Positions 47,892 to 57,900 of a DNA stretch of 64,000 bases are shown here, piece after piece. The DNA lies in assembly GCA_044229975.1 (NCBI GenBank), contig JBGARZ010000004.1, positions 448,001 through 512,000 on the forward strand, written 5' to 3'. The stretch comes from Polyangiales bacterium. GTDB lineage: Bacteria; Myxococcota_A; Polyangia; Polyangiales; Ga0077539. The notes under the pieces were generated by a model. It worked only from the letters and a program-made list of their open reading frames with translations, searched no databases and was not told where the DNA came from. Both the position numbers and the translations under genes were made by a program. The first letter of the stretch is position 1; the number at the start of each line of letters is the position of its first letter.

Positions 47892-47975
47892 CTTCTGGCG
47901 GGTGCCATAGGCCGCTGGCGCCGACGCGCCCGCCCGTCGTGGTTTTCGGAGAGCCTTGGGCTACGGTCACCGTCG

Positions 47976-48791
47976 ATGCGACGACAGCGCCGTTTCGTCG
48001 GCCCGCCAACGATCGTGATGGCCCTCCTGCTCGCGCTCGGCGGGTGTGCTCCGTCGGTCGTTGCTCCGCCGCCGCGGGCTCCTCGCGCCCACGCCCGTCG
48101 CTCGACGGCGCGTCGTCGACCGGTCGCCGCGACGGTGGTCGCTCCGGTTGCGGTGACGCCCGCAACACCCGCGCTGCCGGCGCCCGTGGGGTCGGGTGGG
48201 GCACCCGTCGAGGCGCCCTCGGAGACCGCCGATCTTCCCGCGGTGGCAGCAGTGCGCGATGCGTTGGAGCGGGCGGCGCGGTGTGTTCCGCCGGGGGAGG
48301 GTGCGCGGGTCGAGGGCGGGGTCGACGCGTCGAGCGGACGGGTCGTGCTGGCGCGAGCACCCGATGGAACGCCCACGGCAGAGGCGTGCGCGAGCGATGC
48401 AATGGAAGAGGTGCGGGTGGATGCGCCGCTCGACGTGCGGGTGGACTTCGCCGCGACGGTGTCGGCGCCAGCACCGAGGGCGGGTCACGTCGATGCCGAC
48501 GGACTGCGCGCTGCGACGGCAGCGAGGGCGGGCGCGGTGCGCGGTTGCTACGAGCGCGAGCTGGCGCACGAACGCACGCTCGCGGGTCACGTGGAGGTAC
48601 ACCTCGCGGTCGATGCGAGCGGGGTTGTGTCGCGGCGGGTGGTGGTCGCTCCGGCGCGCTTCGGTGCGTTCGGGCGCTGCATGCTGGGCGCCCTCGACGG
48701 GCTGTCGCTTCCCGCTCCGACTGGAGGCGCGGCGGAGGTGATGCTGCCGTTCGCGTTCAGTCCGGGCGACGAGGAGCGGGTGGAGGAGTGA
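47976..48791 (+). CDS. Lipoprotein with AgmX/PglI (TonB-C-like) C-terminal domain
   Basis: LALGGC lipobox; VRGCYERELAHERTLAGHVEV...C...LPAPTGG...LPFAF. Confidence 0.68.
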   Translation: MRRQRRFVGPPTIVMALLLALGGCAPSVVAPPPRAPRAHARRSTARRRPVAATVVAPVAVTPATPALPAPVGSGGAPVEAPSETADLPAVAAVRDALERAARCVPPGEGARVEGGVDASSGRVVLARAPDGTPTAEACASDAMEEVRVDAPLDVRVDFAATVSAPAPRAGHVDADGLRAATAARAGAVRGCYERELAHERTLAGHVEVHLAVDASGVVSRRVVVAPARFGAFGRCMLGALDGLSLPAPTGGAAEVMLPFAFSPGDEERVEE

Positions 48792-48803
48792 GCCTCGCGC
48801 GGG

Positions 48804-49796
48804 TCAATCAGTCGTCGCGTGAAACCACGCGGTGATGCCCGGCGGGTCGAGCGCTCCGAGCTCGTCGTCCACGGCCTCGGCGCCGTCGCGCTCGATCGCC
48901 GCGCGGATCCGCCGCTGCTCCGACGCATCGAGAGGGCGCTTCAATCGACGCTCGATCTGGCGTGTGAGCAGCACTGCCGCTCCCGCTACGTGACCCTCGG
49001 CTCTCCCCTCGGCTCTCCCCTCGGCTCGCCCCTGTTCACGAGCGGTGAGGTTCATGCGGCGCACCTGATCGACCTCTTCACGTGCTCGCAGGTAGGCGTC
49101 CTGCTCGGCGAGGGTCCAGCGGGCGGTCTCGGCGAGCTCCAGCGCGCGCCGCTGGGCGGGGTTGATCTCCCGCGAGCGCTCGACGTCGTCGCGCTTGAGG
49201 TATGGCCCCACGCGGAAGAGCGACGCCCACCAGTCGACCGCCGTGACGGGGGCGCGCTCGCCCAGCTTCGGGAGTTCGAGGAAGACGTACTGCACCTGTC
49301 CGAGCGCCTCCGCGCCCTCCGACTCGCGCATGCGCCACCGCGAGCACAGCGGAACCACCGGCGCCCCGCGCGCCCGCTGCTCGGCGTCGGGCCACAGCTC
49401 GAAGTCGCAGATGCTCACCGCCACGACGTCGATGAGCTCACCGTAGGCCGCCGACTCGGCGAGGCCGCCGACGTACGCCTTGCAGGCGTTGTAGACCACG
49501 CGGTTGAGGAAGCCCGTCACGGGCAGCACCTGCATCTCGACGACGAAGCGCTCGCCCCCCGCGCTCTCGCAGCGCACATCGAGGATCGACAGCTTCGCCC
49601 CGGGCACCACCGGCGCCAGCTCGCGCGGCAGGTACTGGAGCGTCGCGATGGCCCGCTCGCCCTCGCGCCCGAGCAGGTCGTTGAGCAGGCCCGTCAGCGC
49701 GACCTCGTCGTGGCCGAACACCTTCTGGAACGCGTAGTCCGTCTTCAGGTCGGCGTAGGTCACGGCGACGAACACCCTACCACCGGGCGCCTTCAT
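48804..49796 (-). CDS. Rpn-family / PD-(D/E)XK_2 nuclease (putative transposase-like)
   Basis: DLKTDYAFQKVFG, LTGLLNDLL, ILDVRC, FVVEMQ, YVFLELPK; AEGR repeats and a C-terminal tail. Start may be GTG 49763. Confidence 0.85.
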   Translation of the reverse strand: MKAPGGRVFVAVTYADLKTDYAFQKVFGHDEVALTGLLNDLLGREGERAIATLQYLPRELAPVVPGAKLSILDVRCESAGGERFVVEMQVLPVTGFLNRVVYNACKAYVGGLAESAAYGELIDVVAVSICDFELWPDAEQRARGAPVVPLCSRWRMRESEGAEALGQVQYVFLELPKLGERAPVTAVDWWASLFRVGPYLKRDDVERSREINPAQRRALELAETARWTLAEQDAYLRAREEVDQVRRMNLTAREQGRAEGRAEGRAEGHVAGAAVLLTRQIERRLKRPLDASEQRRIRAAIERDGAEAVDDELGALDPPGITAWFHATTD

Positions 49797-49828
49797 CGGC
49801 GTGGTGGTGCTACTCCAGCGCGCACCGC

Positions 49829-50164
49829 ATGAGTTCGATCGTCGACCGCGTCCGCAAGCTCATCGCCCTCGCGGGCTCCCCCAACGAGCACGAGAGTCGC
49901 AGCGCGGCGGTGATGGCGTGCCGTCTCATCCGCGAGCACGGGCTGCACGTCGAAGACCGCTCGCCGCAGGCGCACCGCCACGAGCACCGCGCCGCCGAGC
50001 CCCCGCGCCGCCGCACGCGCGGCCCGTACACGCGCACCCGTTCGGCCCGCGGCGCGCCCCACTGCCGCGAGTGCTCCGAGGTCATCGGCGACGACGAGGC
50101 CTTCCTCGACGCCGACGGCGCGCCCGTCCACGGCGACTGTATTCCCCGCGGCGAGCGGCCCTGA
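49829..50164 (+). CDS. Small DUF2786-like protein with C-terminal CxxC...HxxC motif
   Basis: DRVRKLIALAGSPNEHESRSA...RLIREHGL; CRECSEVI...VHGDC. Confidence 0.7.
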   Translation: MSSIVDRVRKLIALAGSPNEHESRSAAVMACRLIREHGLHVEDRSPQAHRHEHRAAEPPRRRTRGPYTRTRSARGAPHCRECSEVIGDDEAFLDADGAPVHGDCIPRGERP

Positions 50165-50173
50165 CCGCGCTCG

Positions 50174-51121
50174 CTACGCGAGGCCCTGCGCCATCAGCAC
50201 GGCGGTGATCACCGCGGCCACCGTCACCGGGATGCTGAAGTTGTCGTCGAGCCGCTCGGACGACAGCTCCGTCACGGCCCCCGTCACGCCCGCGATCGCG
50301 CCCAGCAGCAGCGCCTGCGACCACGCCATCCCGTAGGCCGCCTTCAGCGTCAGCACACCCGCGATGGCCGCCACCACTGCGAAGGCGGCGGTGCCCTCCA
50401 CCGAGCGGCCGTTGGCCAGCCGCGTGCGACCGAAGCGGCGCCCCACCAGCGAGGCTGCCGGGTCGCCCACCGCCAGCGCCATCACCGCCACCGTGCACGC
50501 CGGCCGCGGAAACGCCGTCGCGATGAGCAGCAGCCCCGTCGTGAACCACGTCGAGGAGTTCACCCGCGTCCACTCGTGCGCATGCGCCACCGGCCCGAAG
50601 AACCGCATCAGCCGCGCGTTGATCGCCGGGCTGCGCACCCGAAGGAATTCCGACGTCCACGCGAACACCGCCACCACCAGGGGCAGCCCGATGAGCCACG
50701 CCCGCGTGGGGAGCAGCACCGTCAGCAGCGTCGACCCCACCCCCATCGCGACGTGCATCGCCATGCGCGTGCGGTTGGCCGGGCGGGGGGGACGGGCCGC
50801 CGCGGTCATGCGCTCCAGCGCCGCCGTCAGCGCCTCGTGCGCGGGCCGCACCTGCTCGTTGAAGCGCTCCCACGCCGCCTCGCTCGCCTCCACTGGGATC
50901 GCCCGCTCCAGCGTCTCCAGGGCCGTCGACAGGGCCTCGCGCAGGGCAGGCCCCCGGGGCTCCATCTCCGCCCGCAGCGCCGCCCGCAGCCGATCGGCGA
51001 GCTCGGTGGCCCGCTGTCGAAGGGCGGCCTGCTGCGCGGTCTGCGCCTCCTGGGCGGCTTCGAGAAGCGCCGAGAGTTCGTCCGCGATGTGCTGCCCCTC
51101 GACGCCGATGGTCACGGTCAT
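50174..51121 (-). CDS. Dolichol/phytol kinase-family (CTP-dependent) membrane protein with N-terminal helical extension
   Basis: RMAMH, AVGDPAASLVGRRFG, RSVEG and DDNFSIP; ATG 51121 (alternative 51154). Confidence 0.82.
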   Translation of the reverse strand: MTVTIGVEGQHIADELSALLEAAQEAQTAQQAALRQRATELADRLRAALRAEMEPRGPALREALSTALETLERAIPVEASEAAWERFNEQVRPAHEALTAALERMTAAARPPRPANRTRMAMHVAMGVGSTLLTVLLPTRAWLIGLPLVVAVFAWTSEFLRVRSPAINARLMRFFGPVAHAHEWTRVNSSTWFTTGLLLIATAFPRPACTVAVMALAVGDPAASLVGRRFGRTRLANGRSVEGTAAFAVVAAIAGVLTLKAAYGMAWSQALLLGAIAGVTGAVTELSSERLDDNFSIPVTVAAVITAVLMAQGLA

Positions 51122-51207
51122 GTCGAGTCGAAGCACTAGAGGCTCCGGCCCCATCGGTCAACCGACTGGCCGTCGGGAGGAGCGCGGACAAGATACCGTC
51201 CGCCCCG

Positions 51208-53292
51208 ATGAGCGACCCTCGGCCCCAGCACCCCGCCGTGGAGGTGGTCCGCGAGGCGCTGCGCTTCGCCCCGGTGCGCATGACCTTCGCCGCCGGTCTG
51301 CGCGCGGGCGTCGCGATGATCGTCCCGCTGCTGCTGGCGCACACGCTCCACGCGCCGGCGCTGTCGTGGGCCGGGCTCGCGGGCTTCCTCGTCTCCCTCG
51401 TGGACAAGGGCGGCGCCTACCGAACCCGCGCGTCGGCCATGGCGTGGGCCACCCTCGGCGCGTGCGTCGCCTCGGCCCTCGCGGGCATCGCGGGCGGGCG
51501 CCTCGACGCCTCGCTCCTGCTGGCCTTCGTCGGTGCGACCGCGCTCAGCTTCGTTCGCGTCTACGGTGGCGCCGCGGTGAGCGCCGGGCTCATCACCCTG
51601 GTGCTGCTGCTCGTCTCGCTCTCGCGCCCGGAGGCCGACCTCGCCCACGCCCTCCAGCGCGGCGCCTCGGCGGGCGCGGGTGGCCTCTGGGCCATGCTGC
51701 TCGCGCTCTCGCTCTGGACGATCCGTCTCTATCGCCCGGCGCGGATGACCATCGCGACGGCGCTGCGTCTGGTGGCCACGTACGCGACCCACGTCGCGAC
51801 GTTGCCCGTCGACGATGAGTCGTCGGCGGTGCTGCGGTCGGAGCGCGCGGCGATGCGGACCGCGATGGAGGAGGCTCGCTCGACGCTGGCCGCGACGCGC
51901 AAGGGTCGGCGCGGCGACACCGGGCGGGGCGAGCGGCTGCTCATCGTGTTGGAGAGCGCGGACCAGGCGTTTGCCGCGCTCGTGGCGCTGCGCGACGTGC
52001 TGGAGGGGCTGCGCGCGCAGGGACTCCACCGCGCGGCGGACACGGCGACGCCATCACTGAACGCGCTGTCGACGGTGGCCGAGCGACTGGCCGAGGCGGT
52101 GGCGACCGAGGCCGACGGCGCGGTGGCGCTACCGACATGGACGTGGGAGGGCGGGACGGAGGGCGACGCGGCGCTCGCGGGGGGATTGCTCAAGCGGGTT
52201 CATGCGCTGCTGGAGGAGGCGGCGGAGGCGACGGAGACGCTGGAAGACGACCGGCCCATCCGCGCGTCGGGCGTCGACCTCGTGGCGCCCGACGACCGCC
52301 CCGGAACGCCCGTCTGGCGCGAGCACTGGAGCCTGCGATCGTCGGTGCTGCGGCACTCGCTGCGGGTCGGTGTGACGGTGACGCTGGCCGTGTGGTTGAC
52401 GCACCTCTTCACGCTGGAGCGCGGCTACTGGGTGACGCTCGCGGCCGCGGTGATTCTCCAGCCGCAGTTGCCGGCGACGCTGTCGCGGGCGATCCAGCGG
52501 GTGCTGGGCACCGTGCTCGGCGGGGTGTTGGCGGCGCTGTTGCTGGCGGGCGTTCATGACCAGCGGGCGCTGCTGGCGATGGTGTTTGCGCTGGCGGTGG
52601 TGAGCGTCGCGGCGCAGCCGGTGAACTACGCGCTGTACTCGGCGCTGCTGACGCCGACGTTCATCCTGCTGGCGGAGACGAGCGCGCACGAGCCGGGCCT
52701 GGTGCGGGCGCGCATCGTCAACACGCTGCTGGGCGGGGCGTTGGCGCTGGTGGGCGCGCGGGTGCTGTGGCCGATGTCGGAGCGGGAGCTGTTTCCCAAC
52801 GCGGCGGCGGACGTCATCGACGCGGTGCGGGTGCTGGCGCGGGAGACGCTGACGGGCGTTCATGCGGGCGAGCGGTGGACGCGCGCGCGGCGGGAGGTGG
52901 GCGTGTCGCTGCTGGACGCCGACGCGTCGCTGCAACGATGGATGGCCGAGCGCCCGCGACGGGCGGCGGACGTCGAGGCGCCGATGGCCGTGGTGGTGTA
53001 CGCGCGGGGGCTGTCGTCGGCGCTGCTGGCGCTCGCGTCGGCGCGCGACCTGGCGGTGGAGGACGTCGACCTGCGGGGGTTCGCGGAGGCGCTGGACACG
53101 GAGATGGCGGAGGCGCGCGCGGCCATCGACGAGGGGCGGGCGCCGCGCGGCGACGAAGAGACGGCGGTGGCAGCAGAGGCGGGCGCGGTGGTGGATGAGT
53201 CGCTGCGACGGCGGGTGGAGCACGTGGCGCAGCAGTGGGCGACGCTGCGCGGGAGCATCGGGCGCTGGCTGCGAGCGGATGGGGCGGGGTGA
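51208..53292 (+). CDS. FUSC (YccS/YhfK-type) membrane transporter
   Basis: N- and C-terminal TM blocks; LRHSLR, RGYWV...ILQP, QRVLGT..G and RIVNTLLG. Confidence 0.88.
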   Translation: MSDPRPQHPAVEVVREALRFAPVRMTFAAGLRAGVAMIVPLLLAHTLHAPALSWAGLAGFLVSLVDKGGAYRTRASAMAWATLGACVASALAGIAGGRLDASLLLAFVGATALSFVRVYGGAAVSAGLITLVLLLVSLSRPEADLAHALQRGASAGAGGLWAMLLALSLWTIRLYRPARMTIATALRLVATYATHVATLPVDDESSAVLRSERAAMRTAMEEARSTLAATRKGRRGDTGRGERLLIVLESADQAFAALVALRDVLEGLRAQGLHRAADTATPSLNALSTVAERLAEAVATEADGAVALPTWTWEGGTEGDAALAGGLLKRVHALLEEAAEATETLEDDRPIRASGVDLVAPDDRPGTPVWREHWSLRSSVLRHSLRVGVTVTLAVWLTHLFTLERGYWVTLAAAVILQPQLPATLSRAIQRVLGTVLGGVLAALLLAGVHDQRALLAMVFALAVVSVAAQPVNYALYSALLTPTFILLAETSAHEPGLVRARIVNTLLGGALALVGARVLWPMSERELFPNAAADVIDAVRVLARETLTGVHAGERWTRARREVGVSLLDADASLQRWMAERPRRAADVEAPMAVVVYARGLSSALLALASARDLAVEDVDLRGFAEALDTEMAEARAAIDEGRAPRGDEETAVAAEAGAVVDESLRRRVEHVAQQWATLRGSIGRWLRADGAG

Positions 53293-53307
53293 GCGGATAG
53301 CCGTCTC

Positions 53308-53895
53308 TCACGCCCCCCGAAACGCATCGACGTGCAGCGCCACCCAGAACGCCGCCGCATACCGCGCCGGACCCAATAGCGCCTCGTCGGACAACCCCCG
53401 CGCCTGCTCCCCGGTGAGGTCGCCGTGCGCGTCGTCCGCCTGGAGGTGCGTCATCACGAAGCGCACCTGCGTGCGCTCCAGCCCGAGCCGCGCGAGCTGC
53501 GCCGGAACATCACCCGCCAGGTGTCGCGCGACGTTTTCCAGCGCGTGCAGCGAGCCCAGCCACGTCGCCGGGTCGTCGCTCTCCATCCAGTACCGATGGA
53601 AGTCTGCGACCCCCGCGGGCGCCGTCTCCGACACCGTCCCGCCCAGCGTCGCGAGGTCGGCTTCCGCGAGACGGTAGTGCCCGCTCTCCTCTCGCGCGAG
53701 CTCCGCGAAGAACGCCCGCATCGCCTCCGTCGGCGCCCGCTCGGCCGCGTGCCGGAGGCGCTCCCCGCTGCCGCGCGTGTAGTGGACCATCGCGTCGAGG
53801 AAGCGCGCATACCCCGCGCGGTCGAGCCCGCTGAGGTAGGGCCGCACCCGCGCGGCCATCTCCGCCGGGATCGTTGAGAGCTCGGTGTCGTTCAT
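53308..53895 (-). CDS. Heme-oxygenase-like iron-containing redox enzyme (HDO superfamily)
   Basis: EESGH, ALE and HLQADDAH (EExxH / E / HxxxDxxH) in a helical-looking 195-aa protein. Confidence 0.7.
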   Translation of the reverse strand: MNDTELSTIPAEMAARVRPYLSGLDRAGYARFLDAMVHYTRGSGERLRHAAERAPTEAMRAFFAELAREESGHYRLAEADLATLGGTVSETAPAGVADFHRYWMESDDPATWLGSLHALENVARHLAGDVPAQLARLGLERTQVRFVMTHLQADDAHGDLTGEQARGLSDEALLGPARYAAAFWVALHVDAFRGA

Positions 53896-54000
53896 CGGTG
53901 TGAGTGGGTCGGCCGTCGACGCCGCGTCGTCAAGCCGCCAGGCCCGTCAAAAATCCCCGAGAACCTCTGCGGCCTCGTGGTGTCATCGCCAGCACCACCG

Positions 54001-54921
54001 ATGTCTACCGCCGACCACCGCATGGGCCGCCGGCCCTGGCTCCTGGGCCTCGCGTCGCTCGCTCTCCCGCGCCTCGCGGCCGCGCAGACCGTCACTCCCC
54101 TCGTCGTCGCCATCACCGAGCCCGACGCGGGCGTCGGCCTCGCGGGCGACACGGCCCGGCTCGTCGCCACCGTCAGCGACCCCACCGTGCTCACCGCCCA
54201 GGTCACCGTGCATGGCATCACCTACGAGGTGCCGGTGCGCGACGGTCGCGTCGAGCAGACCTTCGTCACGCTGCCGGGCGCCAACCGCGTCGCCGTCAGC
54301 GCGCGCCGCGGCGCCACCGTCGCCCGCGACTCGGTGACCTTCCACGTCGACGGCGATCCGGTCGACCTCGTGGTGCTCCTCGGCTGGTCGGCCCGCGGCG
54401 AGATCATCGACCTCTGGGTGCGCGAACCCGACGGCGAGACCTGCAAATGGGACCACCGCGAGACCTCCCACGGCGGTCGCCTCCTCGACTTCTCCAGCGA
54501 CGCCATCGGCTTCGGCTCGCAGGCGTACCTCCGCGCCTCCGTCACGCCCGGTCGCTACCGCCTCAAGGTGCACTACTGGTCCGACAGCGCGCGCCGATCG
54601 ACCCGCGACGACGACGCCTTCGCGACGTCCCTCGAACGCCTCCACGCCATCGACGATCGCCTGCGCGAGAACCCTCCGCCCGCCGAGGCCCGGCAGCTCA
54701 CCACCGAGCGCCTCGACGTCATCGCCCGCCTCGACACCTGGGGTCGCCCGAGCGGCGTGCAGACCCCGCTGCACGCCGAGGTGCTGCTCTTCGCCAACAC
54801 ACCGCGCGAGCGACGCTGGCGCTTCGAGCTCACCGCGCAACGCACCGGTCAGCTCCAGACGCTCGGCGAGGTCGAGATCACCGCCGCCATGCTCGGCGCC
54901 GCGCGCAGGAGCCCGACGTGA
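54001..54921 (+). CDS. YfaP/DUF2135-like exported protein
   Basis: Signal peptide; PGANRVAV; DLVVLLGWS...IDLWVREPDGE...GGRL...PGRYRLKVHYW. Start 54001 or 54022. Confidence 0.75.
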   Translation: MSTADHRMGRRPWLLGLASLALPRLAAAQTVTPLVVAITEPDAGVGLAGDTARLVATVSDPTVLTAQVTVHGITYEVPVRDGRVEQTFVTLPGANRVAVSARRGATVARDSVTFHVDGDPVDLVVLLGWSARGEIIDLWVREPDGETCKWDHRETSHGGRLLDFSSDAIGFGSQAYLRASVTPGRYRLKVHYWSDSARRSTRDDDAFATSLERLHAIDDRLRENPPPAEARQLTTERLDVIARLDTWGRPSGVQTPLHAEVLLFANTPRERRWRFELTAQRTGQLQTLGEVEITAAMLGAARRSPT

Positions 54922-57900
54922 CCCGCCGCCCCGCGCTCCTCTCCGCGCTGCTCGTGCTCACCCCCGCAGCCCGCGCGTTTGACCCCACCGACGTCGGGCT
55001 GCCCTTCCACCGACCCGAACGACCGTTTCTGCTGCTGGACGCCGAGCGACGGATGTTGCCCAACACACCCGCCTCGGTGCGTGTGCAGCTCCGCGGCGGC
55101 GGAACCGTCCGCGTCGCTACCTTCCGCCTGCGCGACCCGGAGCCCTGGGCCCGTCGCGCGCAAGAGCCCGACGGCATCGCGATCGCGGGCGACGCCGTGG
55201 GTCACACCTGCGAGTCGCTGTTGCGCACGCAAGGCCCGCTGCCGCGACGTGATGGTGCGCTGGAGCTGGTGCGCGACGAGTCGTTGACCCTCACTCCGCC
55301 CGCGGCGGTGCGGCGCACGCCCGGCGTCGAGACCGAGGCCTACGACTCCAGCGACTCCGACGAAGGAACCGTCGAGACCCGCTGGGTGCACGCGGGGCGT
55401 TGGAGTGACCAGCGCATCTCGTTGGGTGTGCTGCCGGAGGGGCTGTACCTGGTGCGCGTTCATGCGGGGGCGTACGCCGCGAGCGCGCTGGTGTCCGTGA
55501 GCGACCTCACGCTGCTGGTGCGCCGGGGCGATCGCCACGACGTCGTCGCCACCGCCACCGCCGACGGAACGCCTCTGCCCAACGTCGAGGTCTCCGTCAG
55601 CGCCCCGTCGGGTGATGGCCTCGTGCGCTCGCCCACCGATGCTCACGGCGAGCTGCGCCTCGACGCCGCCGACGCCTTCCAGCGCCGCTTCGTCGCGCAC
55701 CGCGGGGACGCCTGGGCCTGGGCCGACGCCTCGCACGCGCGCCTCGACGCCTGCGACGTGCGCGTCTACCTCGACCCGGGGCGCCCGGTGTTTCGCCGCG
55801 GCGAGACGCTGCACCTGCGCGGTCACGTGCGCGGTTGTGTCAACGGCCGCGATGTCCCGCTCGCGCGCGAGTCCGTCACCGTGCAGGACCACGACGCCCC
55901 GCACCCGACCCCGAGCACCACGATGCTCACCGACGCCGACGGCAACTTCGTCACCGAGTACACCGTCGCCACGACGGAGCTGCGGGCGCTGGTGCGCGGG
56001 CGTTCGCACGTCCGCACCATCGTGATCGACCACCGCGCGCTGCCGCAGCGGGCGCTGGTGGTGACCGCCGATCGTGGCTTCGCGGCGGCGGGCGAGACGG
56101 TGCGCGTGCGGGCGAGCGACGACGCGGGTCGCTGGCCCACCGAGGCGACGGTGACCTTCGAGCTGATGGGTCAACGACGGCAGGCGACGGTGGGCCCCGA
56201 CCACGCCGCGGAGGTGAGCTTCATCGTTGCGGGCGTGAACGAGGCGGCGCACCGCGAGGTGGTCACCGCGTCGCTGGCCCACGACGGACGTGTGACGCAA
56301 GCGCAGACGGAGGTGTGGACGGGTCGCAACCCGGTGCTGCTGCATGTCGAGTCGGCGGGCGGCGGGTCGCCCGTGGTGTGGGCGCGCGCCGAAAACCTCG
56401 GCGGCGAGGCGCTCGCGCGGGGCTTGTCGTTGCGGGTGTTCGGCAGTGACGGCAACCGCGCGGTGGGCGCGGCGCGCTGGACGGGCCGCGTCGAGACGGC
56501 GACGAGCGGGGACGTGCGGACGGAGGTGGGCTTGCCGGGCGCGGGCCCATGGTGGGTGACCGTGGCCGACGAGCGCGGAGAGGCCGCCGAGACCGGGACC
56601 GTGGTGTGGGAGCGCGAGCGCCCGCCGGGACTGGGCGCGCGGGGATCGCTGTCGGTCCGTCCATCGCGAGCGACGGTGGTGGCGGGCGAGTCGCTGCCGG
56701 TGGACGTGACGCGCCCGGCGCGCGGCGCGACGTGGGTGACGCTGGAGCAGTCGGGCGTGTGGGCGAGCGCGTGGATTCCTGCTGGGTCTCCGCGCGCGGG
56801 GCAGGCGTGGTGGCAGACGGTGATGAGCGTTCCGGCGGATGCGAGCGGCGGAGCGTCGGTGGTGGCGACGCACCTCGCGGCCGGAGCAGTGGACAGCGCG
56901 ACGGCGGTGGCGGGCGTGTCGGCGGCGCCGCCCTTGGCGCTGCGAGTGGAGACCGACGCGCGGGTCTACGCGGAGGGCGCGCGGATGCACGCGGTGGTCA
57001 CGGCGCGTAGCCCCGATGGTGCGCCGCGCGACGGAGTGTTGAGCCTGTGGCTGGCCGACGCGGGCTACTGGGATCTCACCGAAGAGCGCTATCCGTCCGT
57101 CGACGCGATGTTGATGATCCCCGGGCGACCGGCGAGCGGAGCGGACAGCGCGCGGCCGCGGCACTGGGGCGCCGACGAGGGACGTCACCTCGATCCGCAC
57201 GCCCATTGGGACGGCCACGACCTCCCCCACGTCACCCGCTACGACGCCTGGAACGCCGGCGGCAACCTCGTCACCTTCACCGCTCGCGGGACTCTCGGTG
57301 CGCTCGCCGACGCGCTCGCCCGCGCGGCTGGTCTGCGCTCCGCGGTGGTGTGCGAGGCGCGCAATCGCACGCTGGGCACCGCTTCGTTGGACGCGACGGA
57401 CGTGCCCTGGGACCTGCTCGCTGCTCGCGTTGCGACGCGCACGGACACGCACGCGTGGGTCTCCGGCGACGTGCTGCACCTGAGCTGCGAGGAGGGCCCG
57501 TCGGTGGGCTTCGGCGGCCTCGGATCGGGCTCGGGTTCGGGCGCGGGCTACGGCGGCCTCGGAGGGCGGGGAGCGGGGCGCGAGCAGCGGCTGGAGGGCG
57601 ATCTGTTCTTCCTGGGGGCGCGTCGTCTCGGGGCGAGCGGTCGGCTGGAGCTGGACATCCCGTTGCCCGCGCATCCGGGTCGTTGGCGCTTGCAGGCGCT
57701 GGCCATCGACGATCGCGGACGGGGCGATCGGGCCTTCGCGGTGGTGGCGACGTCGCGCGCGCTGACGGCCTCGGTCGACGCGCCGACGGTGCTGCGACCG
57801 GGCGATCGCGCGGGCGGCGCGCTGACGGTGCACGCGCCCTCGCTGGCGGGGCAGCGGGTGGAGGTCGCGCTGGAGGGCGACGGGGTGACGGTGGCGTCGG

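Noticed and set aside
48804..49796. Active insertion sequence
   Set aside because: Rpn/PDDEXK_2 gene without visible terminal inverted repeats or target duplication.
53308..53895. PqqC as the missing partner of pqqAB
   Set aside because: Same fold clan, but it is short, shows dimetal-ligand motifs rather than recognisable PqqC motifs, and is ~6.5 kb away.
53904..54917. N-terminal extension of the 1895-aa ORF
   Set aside because: It overlaps the YfaP-like gene in another frame; the signal peptide and GTGA coupling place the start at 54918.
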